NCBI GenBank assembly: GCA_041919915.1
Contig: JAYRSY010000006.1
Location: forward strand, 35,238-99,237
Reading direction: 5' to 3'
Source: Lysobacteraceae bacterium
GTDB lineage: Bacteria; Pseudomonadota; Gammaproteobacteria; Xanthomonadales; Xanthomonadaceae
Length of the DNA stretch: 64,000 bases
The translations under genes were made by a program, and so were the position numbers. Below, piece by piece: positions 9,860-18,263 of the stretch (its first letter is position 1; every line of letters starts with the position of its first letter). The notes beneath the pieces are model-generated. The model did not search any database. It was not told where the DNA came from and saw nothing but the letters and a program-made list of their open reading frames with translations.

Positions 9860-10693
9860 ATGTTCGCGAAATTCTCCCGCAGTTGGAACCTGGTCAAGGC
9901 AAGCGCGTCGGTGCTGCGCGCCGACAAGGAACTGATGCTGTTTCCGATCCTCTCGTCGCTGGCCACGCTGCTGGTGCTGACCACGTTCGCGTTGCCGATC
10001 TTCGCGCTCAAACTGTTCGCCGACGGCTTCAACATCGTCGGCGCGGTGCTCGGATTCGTTTTCTATTTCTGCCAGTACAGCGTCATCGTGTTCTTCAACA
10101 GCGCGCTGGTGGCGGCGGCCACGATCCGGCTGGAAGGCGGCGATCCGACCTTCTCCGACGGCATCCGCGCGGCGAAGGCGCGGTTGCCGGCGATCCTGGG
10201 CTATGCCGCGATCGCGGCGACGGTCGGTGTGATCCTGCAATCGCTGAAGAACCGCGACAACAACGTCTTCGTCCGCATGATCGGCAGCGGTCTGGGCATG
10301 GCCTGGACGCTGGCGACCTTCCTGGTGGTGCCGGTGCTGGTGAATCGCGACATCGGTCCGATCGACGCGCTGAAGGAGAGCGTGACGCTGCTGAAGAAGA
10401 CCTGGGGCGAGAACGCGATCGGCAATGTCGGCATCGGTGCCGCGTTCGGGCTGTTCACGACGCTCGCGGTGATCCTCGGCGTGATCGCCACCATCCTCGC
10501 CTGGCAGATCTCGATGGCGGTCGGCATCGCGGTCGGCGCCGTCTTCGTGATCGGCGTGTTGCTGCTCGGCGTGACCCAGTCGGCGCTGAGCGGCATCTAT
10601 TCGGCCGCGCTGTATCGCTATGCGGTCTCGCACGAGACGCCCGCGGCGTTCAGTGGCATGGCGCTGGAATCGGCGTTCGCGCCGAAGCGCTGA
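9860..10693 (+). CDS. multi-pass membrane protein (DUF6159-like)
   Basis: ORF 9794..10693 with the start at Met23, preceded by GGAGGG. MFAKFSRSWNLVKASASVLRADKELMLFPILS is followed by several hydrophobic helices. Confidence 0.6.
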   Translation: MFAKFSRSWNLVKASASVLRADKELMLFPILSSLATLLVLTTFALPIFALKLFADGFNIVGAVLGFVFYFCQYSVIVFFNSALVAAATIRLEGGDPTFSDGIRAAKARLPAILGYAAIAATVGVILQSLKNRDNNVFVRMIGSGLGMAWTLATFLVVPVLVNRDIGPIDALKESVTLLKKTWGENAIGNVGIGAAFGLFTTLAVILGVIATILAWQISMAVGIAVGAVFVIGVLLLGVTQSALSGIYSAALYRYAVSHETPAAFSGMALESAFAPKR

Positions 10694-10711
10694 GCCTGTG
10701 CGGCATCGTGG

Positions 10712-10735
10712 CCCGCCCGGTCATCGCCGGGCGGG
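10712..10735. terminator. stem-loop between convergent genes
   Basis: CCCGCCCGG-tcatcg-CCGGGCGGG followed by TCAGTTTTCC on the plus strand. Confidence 0.55.
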
Positions 10736-11476
10736 TCAGTTTTCCAGCATCCGCCCGCCGTCCACGCGCAGCGTCTGGCCGGTGGTGTAGCACGCGTCCT
10801 GCAGCAGCCAGCGCACCGCCTCGGCGATCTCGGCCTCGGTGCCGGTGCGCGCCAGGGGCGTGCGCGCGAGCAGCGCGGCCTTCGCGGCGTCGGATTTGCC
10901 TTCTTCCGGCCACAGGATCGCGCCGGGCGCGATCGCGTTGACCCGGACCTCCGGCGCCAGTTCCAGCGCCAGCGAACGGGTCGCGGCGAGCAGCGCGGCC
11001 TTGCTCATGCCGTAGACGACGTGGTCGCGCAGCGGGCGTTCGGCGTAGATGTCGGTCAGGTTCACGATCGCGCCGCGCGCGGCCTTCAGATGCGGTGCGG
11101 CGGCCTGGGCCAGGATCAGCGGCGCGCGCGCGTTGATCAGGAACTGCGCGTCCCAGTCGGCGGGGGTGATGGTGCCCAACGGCGTCGGCGAGAACGCCGA
11201 CGCGTTGTTCACCAGCGCGTCGAGGCGGCCGTAGCGGCCGACGGCACCCGCCACCAGTTCCGGCAGACGGTCGTACTCGGCCAGATCGGCTTGCAGCGCC
11301 AGTGCGCTGCCCGCGCGATCGCGATCGAGTTCCGCGACCAGCGCGGCCATGTCGCCGGCGGAGTGCCGGTAGTGCAGGACGAGGTCGTAACCGGCCGCAT
11401 GCAGGCGACGGGCGATCGCGGCGCCGAGCCGGCGTGCGGCGCCGGTGACGAGGGCGACGGGGCGGGAGGCGGGCAT
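10736..11476 (-). CDS. pteridine reductase / short-chain dehydrogenase (FolM-like)
   Basis: ORF 10736..11569 with the start at Met32. VALVTGAARRLGAAIA Rossmann motif, NNAS, and YGMSKAAL (YxxxK) catalytic motif. Confidence 0.75.
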   Translation of the reverse strand: MPASRPVALVTGAARRLGAAIARRLHAAGYDLVLHYRHSAGDMAALVAELDRDRAGSALALQADLAEYDRLPELVAGAVGRYGRLDALVNNASAFSPTPLGTITPADWDAQFLINARAPLILAQAAAPHLKAARGAIVNLTDIYAERPLRDHVVYGMSKAALLAATRSLALELAPEVRVNAIAPGAILWPEEGKSDAAKAALLARTPLARTGTEAEIAEAVRWLLQDACYTTGQTLRVDGGRMLEN

Positions 11477-11583
11477 GCGGAGCGTCTCGGATGCGGGCGG
11501 CGGTGCGTGGGCCATTTGACCATAGTCAAGCCGGGTTTCCGCCCCCGGCGCATGCTGCCGCCAGTTCACAGCGGAGCTTCGCC

Positions 11584-11724
11584 ATGCATCCCATCGTCTC
11601 GGAACTGTTCACCAAGCCGGTCGGCTGGATGACCCTCGGTGGTCTGGGCTTCATCATCCTCATGGGCGGGTACCTCTGGTGGTTCGCCCGGAAGAAGATC
11701 CGCGAAGAAGAGTCCTCGAAATAG
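11584..11724 (+). CDS. small single-TM protein (DUF3149-like)
   Basis: MHPIVSELFTKPVGWMTLGGLGFIILMGGYLWWFARKKIREEESSK, 46 aa, within ORF 11491..11724. Confidence 0.55.
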   Translation: MHPIVSELFTKPVGWMTLGGLGFIILMGGYLWWFARKKIREEESSK

Positions 11725-11779
11725 GCCTTTCCCGGGCCCGGGGTTGTTATTCTGTGCGGCCCCGCAACGGAGCTGCCGC

Positions 11780-12964
11780 ATGCAGAACGACGACGCGCTC
11801 GATCCCGACGCCAGGGCGCACAGCGAACGGCTGGCCGCGCTGATCCAGGATCAGATCGCGAGCAACGGCGGGGCGCTTCCGTTCTGGCGTTTCATGGAAC
11901 TGGCGCTCTACGCGCCGGGCTTGGGGTATTACAGCGCGGGTGCGACCAAGCTCGGCCCAGCGGGCGATTTCGTCACCGCGCCGGAGCTCGGGCCGCTGTT
12001 CGCCGAATGCGTGGTCGACGCGCTCTCGCCGGTGCTGCGCGCGTGCGGCGACGACGCCCGCTTCCTGGAGATCGGCGGTGGCAGCGGCGCGTTCGCCGAG
12101 GCCGCGATCCAGCGCATGCTCGCGACCGGAACCCTGCCGGCGCGTTACGCGATCCTCGAGCCCAGCGCCGATCTGCGCCATCGCCAGCATGTCCGCCTGC
12201 GCGAAGTGCTGTCGCCGGATGTGTTCGCCCGGGTCGAGTGGCTGCAGACGCCGATCCCGACGCGCTGGAACGGCGTGGTCTTCGCCAACGAGGTCATCGA
12301 CGCGTTGCCGACCTCGCGCTTCGCGATCCGCGAGGGCGAGGTCTACGAAGAGCATGTCGCGCTCGATGCCGCCGGCGGTTTCGTCCGCACCGATCGTCCG
12401 GCGGACGCGCTGCTGTCGGCCGCGGTGCGTCATGTCGAACGCCAGGCCGGCGGTCCGTTCCGCGACGGCTACCGCTCGGAAGTCCTGCCGCAACTGCCGT
12501 ACTGGCTGCAGGCGGTGATCGGCGGGCTCGACACCGGCGCGTTGCTGCTCGTCGATTACGGTTATCCGCGGCGCGAGTACTACGATCCGCGACGCGAAGA
12601 CGGGACCCTGCGCGCCTTCCATCGCCATCGCCTGGTCGACGACGTGTTCGCGCGCGTGGGCCTGCAGGACGTCACGGTGTCGGTGGATTTCACCGCGCTG
12701 GTCGAAGCCGGCAGCGGCGCGGGCTTCGACTTCTCCGGCTACTGTTCGCAGGCCAGTTTCCTGATCGGCAACGGACTGGAAGCGCGGCTCGCCGATCACG
12801 AGCAGCGCGCCGCCGACGAAGCCGCGCGCTACGCACTGCGCCAGCAGGCCAAGAAGCTCACCCTGCCGGGCGAGATGGGCGAACGCTTCCAGGTCATGGG
12901 CTTCGCGCGCAAGGTCGGGCTGGACCATGCGTTCCTGGTCGGCGATCTCAGTCATCGCCTGTGA
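11780..12964 (+). CDS. class I SAM-dependent methyltransferase, MidA/NDUFAF7 (DUF185) family
   Basis: ORF 11639..12964 with the start at Met48. FWRFMELALYAPGLGYYSAG...GDFVTAPELGPLFAE is characteristic of the family. Confidence 0.8.
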   Translation: MQNDDALDPDARAHSERLAALIQDQIASNGGALPFWRFMELALYAPGLGYYSAGATKLGPAGDFVTAPELGPLFAECVVDALSPVLRACGDDARFLEIGGGSGAFAEAAIQRMLATGTLPARYAILEPSADLRHRQHVRLREVLSPDVFARVEWLQTPIPTRWNGVVFANEVIDALPTSRFAIREGEVYEEHVALDAAGGFVRTDRPADALLSAAVRHVERQAGGPFRDGYRSEVLPQLPYWLQAVIGGLDTGALLLVDYGYPRREYYDPRREDGTLRAFHRHRLVDDVFARVGLQDVTVSVDFTALVEAGSGAGFDFSGYCSQASFLIGNGLEARLADHEQRAADEAARYALRQQAKKLTLPGEMGERFQVMGFARKVGLDHAFLVGDLSHRL

Positions 12965-12986
12965 ATCCCGTCGTGGAACCCGTCGC

Positions 12987-13391
12987 ATGACCGTCTATCG
13001 CTTCGGCCGTTCGCTCAAGCCGTTCCGTCGTCCCTGGCTGTGGGCGGCGCTGTGGTGTGCGGCCGTCGCGGCGACGGTGGTGGCTTCGCTGATGCCGGTG
13101 CCGGATCTCGGGCGGCTGCCGTCCGGCGGCGACAAGATCGAACATTTCCTGACCTATGCCCTCCTCGCCGCCGGCGCGGTCCAGTTGTATCCGCGCTGGC
13201 GCTCGCTGCTCAGCGTCGGCGTCGCTCTCGTGCTGATGGGCATCGCGCTGGAATATGCGCAGGGCGCGTTCACCGCGTACCGGATGATGGACCGGGCCGA
13301 CGCCTTCGCGAACACGCTCGGCGTGATCGCCGGTCTCGGCACGCAGCTCACGCCGTGGCGCGATCTGCTGCTGGAGTTGGATCGTCCGTAG
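12987..13391 (+). CDS. VanZ family membrane protein
   Basis: ORF 12927..13391 with the start at Met21. A GDKIEHFLTYALL motif within four hydrophobic segments. Confidence 0.65.
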   Translation: MTVYRFGRSLKPFRRPWLWAALWCAAVAATVVASLMPVPDLGRLPSGGDKIEHFLTYALLAAGAVQLYPRWRSLLSVGVALVLMGIALEYAQGAFTAYRMMDRADAFANTLGVIAGLGTQLTPWRDLLLELDRP

Positions 13392-13422
13392 CGCGGGCTT
13401 CAGCCCGGGGTAGAACGTCTGC

Positions 13423-14655
13423 TCAGTCCGCCGCTGCCTTCCGTGCCGCGCCGATCGCCGCGATGCGCGCGCGCCGCAGCGCTTCGCCGACCGCCGGACC
13501 GTCCATGCCCGGCCGGGCCACGTCGGCGCCGCGCACCGCCATCGCCGCGGTGTGCAGACGCACCAGTTCCGCGCCCTGCGGGTAGTCGGATTCGGCCATG
13601 CCGCCACGACCGCGCTTGTCCGCCTCGCAGACCAGCGCCAGCAGTGCGATCCGCTGCGGTTGGCGGAAACCATCGTTGCGCGCGATCAGATCGTGCACGC
13701 TGGCACCGCGCATTTCGTGCAGCCGATGGATGTTGAGATGTTCGCGACAGGCGCCGAGCGCGAGATCGCGGTGCGCGGTGGGCACCTTCAGCCGGCGGCA
13801 GAGCGCTTTCACCGGGTCGAGTCCGCGTTGTTCGTGCAGCACATGCTTCGGCCATTCCTCGGCCGGCGTCAGCGCCTTGCCCAGGTCGTGGACGAGCGCG
13901 GCGAAGCCGACCACGTCGTCGCCCGGCGCGATCCGCGCGGCCATGTCGCAGACCAGCTCGATGTGCAGGCCGGTGTCGACTTCGGGATGGAATTCCGAGC
14001 GCTGCGGTACGCCGTAGAGCGCATCGACCTCGGGCAGGACGACGGCCAGCGCGCCGCAGTCGCGCAGGGTGCGCAGGAAGGCCGAAGGGCGCGATGCGCG
14101 CAGCGCGCCGACCAGTTCCTTCCAGACGCGTTCGGGGGTCAGTTCCGACAATTCGCCGGCGACGACCATCTCGCGCATCAGCGCCGTCGTTTCCGGCGCC
14201 ACCGTGAAGCCGTGCGCCGCGAAGCGCGCCATGAATCGCGCCGCGCGCAGTACCCGCAGCGGATCTTCCGCGAAGGCCGGTCCGACATGGCGCAGCACGC
14301 GCGCCTCGAGATCGCGCGCGCCGCCGTAGGGGTCGATCAGACGGCCGTCGCTGTCCTCGGCGATCGCGTTGATGGTGAAATCGCGACGGACCAGGTCGTC
14401 TTCCAGGGTCACGTCCGGTGATGCGTGGACGACGAACCCGCGATGACCGCGCGCCGATTTGCGCTCGGTCCGCGCCAGCGCGTATTCCTCGCCGGTCTGC
14501 GGGTGCAGGAAGACCGGGAAATCCTTGCCGACGGTCTGGAAGCCCGCGGCGAGCATCGATGCCGGCGTTTCGCCGACCACCACGTAATCGCGGTCGCCGC
14601 ACGGCAGGCCGAGCAGTTTGTCGCGGACGGCGCCGCCGACGAGATAGGTCTTCAT
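13423..14655 (-). CDS. cca: multifunctional CCA-adding tRNA nucleotidyltransferase with HD domain
   Basis: [29 protein letters not shown]-terminus, an HD region (ALVHDLGK), and 410 aa. Confidence 0.93.
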   Translation of the reverse strand: MKTYLVGGAVRDKLLGLPCGDRDYVVVGETPASMLAAGFQTVGKDFPVFLHPQTGEEYALARTERKSARGHRGFVVHASPDVTLEDDLVRRDFTINAIAEDSDGRLIDPYGGARDLEARVLRHVGPAFAEDPLRVLRAARFMARFAAHGFTVAPETTALMREMVVAGELSELTPERVWKELVGALRASRPSAFLRTLRDCGALAVVLPEVDALYGVPQRSEFHPEVDTGLHIELVCDMAARIAPGDDVVGFAALVHDLGKALTPAEEWPKHVLHEQRGLDPVKALCRRLKVPTAHRDLALGACREHLNIHRLHEMRGASVHDLIARNDGFRQPQRIALLALVCEADKRGRGGMAESDYPQGAELVRLHTAAMAVRGADVARPGMDGPAVGEALRRARIAAIGAARKAAAD

Positions 14656-14673
14656 GGTGTGCTTCGAACCGCG

Positions 14674-15051
14674 CTATTTCGGTGCGTGCTGCGCCAGCAG
14701 GGCGATGATGTCCTGGGCGCCGGAATTGCGGCCCAGATGCACTTCGATCGGCGCCGGCTGGCCCGACAACCAGATGCGCAGTTCCGCTTCCAGGTCGAAA
14801 TGCCCCGCCGTTTCCAGCGAGAACATCGTGATCGCGCGGTACGGAATGCTGCGGTATTCGGTCTTCTTCGCGGTCACGCCCTGTTTGTTCACCAGGATCA
14901 TGCGCCGGTCGGTGAACACGATCAGATCGCGGATGGTCGAGAACGCGCGCTGCAGCGATTCGTCCGGAGCGAGCAGGGGCGCGAATTCCTCCGCGATCTT
15001 GTCGACCGGCTTTTCGCCGGCATGGCCCAGCAGGGCGTCGAGCAGTCCCAT
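14674..15051 (-). CDS. bacterial PH domain-containing protein (YokE-like)
   Basis: ORF 14674..15126 with the start at Met26. LIVFTDRRMILVNKQGVTAKKTEYRSIPYRAITMFSLETAG matches the bPH pattern. Confidence 0.65.
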   Translation of the reverse strand: MGLLDALLGHAGEKPVDKIAEEFAPLLAPDESLQRAFSTIRDLIVFTDRRMILVNKQGVTAKKTEYRSIPYRAITMFSLETAGHFDLEAELRIWLSGQPAPIEVHLGRNSGAQDIIALLAQHAPK

Positions 15052-15082
15052 GGTGATGTCCTCGTCGTGCGGAAGGGGGCGA

Positions 15083-15976
15083 TCATGCCACGACGGGCAG
15101 GATCTCCGGCAGTTTCGCGCGGACATCGGTCGGTGCGATGCCGAGCGCCGGCAGGCCGTTGTCTGCGCTGATCGAATCCAGTTGCAGCGAACGCCAGTTG
15201 TCGCGGCTGATCGGTTTGCCCGGCAGGTGTTCGCCGACCTCCGCCTGCAGCCGGCCCAGCGCGTCGGGCAGCGGCAGCACGAACCGCGACCAGCTTTTCG
15301 TCTGAGCGGTCAGGCGCACGATCCCGGCGAGCGTCATCGTCTCCGGGCCGACCAGGTCGTAACTGCGGCCGATGGTCGTGTCGTCGTCGAGCGCGCGCAC
15401 GAAGGCTTCGGCGACATCGCCCACCCAGACCGGTTGGAAACGCGCGTTCGCGCGTCCCAGCGGCAGCCCGGGCGCGAACCGCAGCAACTGCGCGAAGCGG
15501 CAGAACAGGCCGTCGCCGGGGCCGGCGACCACCGATGGCCGGAAGATCGTCCAGTGCAGCGCGGACGCGCGCACACGGGTCTCGGCTTCGCCGCGCGTCC
15601 GCAGATAGTGGCTGCTGCCTTCGCCGGCGCGCAGGGAACTCATCTGCAGCAGGCGATCGACGCCGCGATCGGTCATCGCCGCGATCACGGTGTCGGCCAG
15701 TTCGACGAACGCGCGCCGGAAACCGCGGCCATCATCGCCGCGTTCGTTGAGGATGCCGACCAGGTTGACCACGACGTCGGCGCCCGCGAACGCTTCGCGC
15801 AGGAAGGCCGGCGCGTACACATCGCCGACGCGATGTTCGACCGACGGCGGCACGCATGCGCGGGTGTCCGCGCTGCGCGAGAGCACGCGCACGCGATCGC
15901 CGTTCGCGAGCAGGCGCGCGACCAGAACGCGGCCGATGAAGCCGGTGCCGCCGAGAACGACGATGGTGCGGTTCAT
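15083..15976 (-). CDS. NAD(P)H-binding, complex I NDUFA9-like / NmrA-like epimerase family protein
   Basis: ORF 15083..16030 with the start at Met19. MNRTIVVLGGTGFIGRVLVARLL is a Rossmann-type N-terminus. Confidence 0.75.
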   Translation of the reverse strand: MNRTIVVLGGTGFIGRVLVARLLANGDRVRVLSRSADTRACVPPSVEHRVGDVYAPAFLREAFAGADVVVNLVGILNERGDDGRGFRRAFVELADTVIAAMTDRGVDRLLQMSSLRAGEGSSHYLRTRGEAETRVRASALHWTIFRPSVVAGPGDGLFCRFAQLLRFAPGLPLGRANARFQPVWVGDVAEAFVRALDDDTTIGRSYDLVGPETMTLAGIVRLTAQTKSWSRFVLPLPDALGRLQAEVGEHLPGKPISRDNWRSLQLDSISADNGLPALGIAPTDVRAKLPEILPVVA

Positions 15977-16046
15977 GTGCGGGAGTCCCGTGTCGGCGTG
16001 TCGGTGATGCCATCGGGCAGGCAGTGCCACAGCGTGCGGTAGCGGT

Positions 16047-18080
16047 TCATCGCTGCGAACGTCTCGCCGGCGTCGCGGCGGCCGGTCCGGCCGGTGCCGG
16101 CGGCGGCTCGGACGGTGCCGGGCACACGAACGGCTTGCGGGTGTCGACGATGCGCCCGGCGAGACGGTCGGTGATCGGCATCGCGTTGCCGTTGAGCCGC
16201 CAGTCGTAGATCACGCTGAAGGCGAGAATGCGGGCGACGTAATCGCGGGTTTCCTTGTAGCTGATCGTCTCGATCCAGAAATCCGCGTCCATGTCCGGAC
16301 GTTGCGACTGCCAGCGCGCCACCGGCGCGGGGCCGGCGTTGTAGGCGGCGATGGCGACGTAGGTCATGCCGTACTTGTCTTCGAGTTCGCGCAGATACGC
16401 GGTGCCGAGCTGGATGTTGAACTCGGGCTCGTACAGGCTGTCGCCGCCGCGCCAGGGCAGGCCGAGGCGCTTGGCGAGGCCGGCGCCGGTGCTCGGCAGC
16501 ACCTGCATCAACCCGCGCGCATCGGCGTGCGATCGGGCCTTCGGATTGAAGATGCTTTCGGCACGGATCTCGGCCGCGATCCAGGTCGGATCGAGACGAT
16601 GCTTGCCGGCTTCGCGACGGATGACGTTGTCGTGATGCAGCGGAAAGCGCAGTTCGTACAGCCGCAGTTCGTCCTGATACGACTTGCCGCCGACATTGAC
16701 CAGACCGAACACGCCGCGATCGAACCAGCCGTTGTCCTGGGCGATGTCGACCGCGATCCGGCGTTGTTCCGGCGAGAAGCGTGAGAGCGCGTCGTTCCAT
16801 TCGCGCTCGGCCCAAGCGGCGCGTTCCAGCCGGTACAGCAACATCGCGCGGGTCAGCGCCGGATCGCGCGCGACCGCGGCTTTCGCCGTGGCATCGGTCT
16901 TCGGCGTCCATGGGCAAAGCGCATACGGCGCGCCGATGCGGTCGGCGGCGAGGAAGCCGTGGAATTCCGGTTTGTTGGCGGCGTCGCGGTACAGGATCTC
17001 GGCATTGGCCTTGTCGCCGGCCATCTCCAGCAGTCGCGCCTCGAAGTAGCGCCAGCGCGAGTCGCGGCGCATTTTCCGGCCGGGTTCGGTGTCGCCCATC
17101 CTGCGGATGGCGGCGAGCGCCCCGCGCCAGTCGGAGCGGGCCATCGCTTCGCGCACGCGCCATTCGTGGAGTTTCTCGTCGTAGGCGGCGTCGGGCACCG
17201 CGGCGAGGCGACGCGCGGATTCGGGCAGATACGAGGCCACCGACCACAGCGCGACCTGATACAGCGCGCGTCCGCGTTCGACGTCGTTCATGCCCAGCGC
17301 TTCGACGAACTTCGGCAGCCGCGCTTCGGCGGCGGCCGGTTGCGCTTTGGCCAGACGGGCCAGTCCATGCGAGGCGATCCCGCGGCTGCGCGGGGTTTTC
17401 GGCCAGTTCAGCGCGCGATCGTGCGGGGATTCGACGAACGCCGCGTAGTCGTTCGCCAGCGCGAACTCCTCGGCCGGCAGTCCGCGCGCCGCGGCACGCA
17501 TCACGCCCGGCTGCCATTCGGCCGCCGCCTTCTCGATCCGCTCCCAGCGCAGGGCGGGCTCCAGCCCGCCTTTCGCCGCGAGCACCGCCATCGGGGCGTC
17601 GCATTCGCCGGGCAGGGATTTGCCGGTGCTGCGCCACAGCGCCCGCGCGTCGGCGGTCCAGTCGGCATCGGCCGCGCCCAGCGCCTGCCGGGCGTTGAGT
17701 TCGGCGCAGCGCAGGGTGGTGGTCCTGATGTCGGGCGACCAGGCGGCGCGGAAGGCCGGCCAGTCCTCGCGCCGGGCCAGCGCGGCCAGCCATTGTTCGC
17801 GGAAGGCGGCGGCGACGGTCTGGCCGCGATGACGGGCCAGGAAGCGCTGGCCGGTGTCGCTGGAAAGGGTGTCGATGTCGCGGCGCAGCCGGGCGTATTC
17901 GACCCAGCCGGCGAGCGGGTGATCCGCCGGCAGCGCCGCGGCCTCCTGCTCGCCGCGCTCGGCGGCCTCCAGAGCGGCCCGGGCGCGGGCGAGGGCGGAA
18001 ACATCGGTCTGTGCCCGGCAGGCGGCCGGAGCGAAGGCGGCGAGCAGGGCCGCGAGGACGCACGGGAGGGGGATTCGCAT
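16047..18080 (-). CDS. slt: soluble lytic murein transglycosylase
   Basis: This is the C-terminal 677 aa of ORF 16047..20954. It has the signal peptide MRIPLPCVLAALLAAFAPAACRA and the catalytic region AAEIRAESIFNPKARSHADARGLMQV...AYNAGP. Confidence 0.88.
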   Translation of the reverse strand: MRIPLPCVLAALLAAFAPAACRAQTDVSALARARAALEAAERGEQEAAALPADHPLAGWVEYARLRRDIDTLSSDTGQRFLARHRGQTVAAAFREQWLAALARREDWPAFRAAWSPDIRTTTLRCAELNARQALGAADADWTADARALWRSTGKSLPGECDAPMAVLAAKGGLEPALRWERIEKAAAEWQPGVMRAAARGLPAEEFALANDYAAFVESPHDRALNWPKTPRSRGIASHGLARLAKAQPAAAEARLPKFVEALGMNDVERGRALYQVALWSVASYLPESARRLAAVPDAAYDEKLHEWRVREAMARSDWRGALAAIRRMGDTEPGRKMRRDSRWRYFEARLLEMAGDKANAEILYRDAANKPEFHGFLAADRIGAPYALCPWTPKTDATAKAAVARDPALTRAMLLYRLERAAWAEREWNDALSRFSPEQRRIAVDIAQDNGWFDRGVFGLVNVGGKSYQDELRLYELRFPLHHDNVIRREAGKHRLDPTWIAAEIRAESIFNPKARSHADARGLMQVLPSTGAGLAKRLGLPWRGGDSLYEPEFNIQLGTAYLRELEDKYGMTYVAIAAYNAGPAPVARWQSQRPDMDADFWIETISYKETRDYVARILAFSVIYDWRLNGNAMPITDRLAGRIVDTRKPFVCPAPSEPPPAPAGPAAATPARRSQR

Positions 18081-18263
18081 GGGCGGGACTATAGCCCAGG
18101 GGGTGGCGGAGGGCTCCGGAGCCCCCTGCCGGAAGCCCCTCCGACCCCCGGCACCTTGCCCTGTCTTCACATTTTGTTTACAAAGTCCCGATACCGCCCA
18201 AGGAGGGGGCCGAAGGCGGTGGCTACGCGTCACGACCCGATTAAAACAATGGAGAGAACGTAC

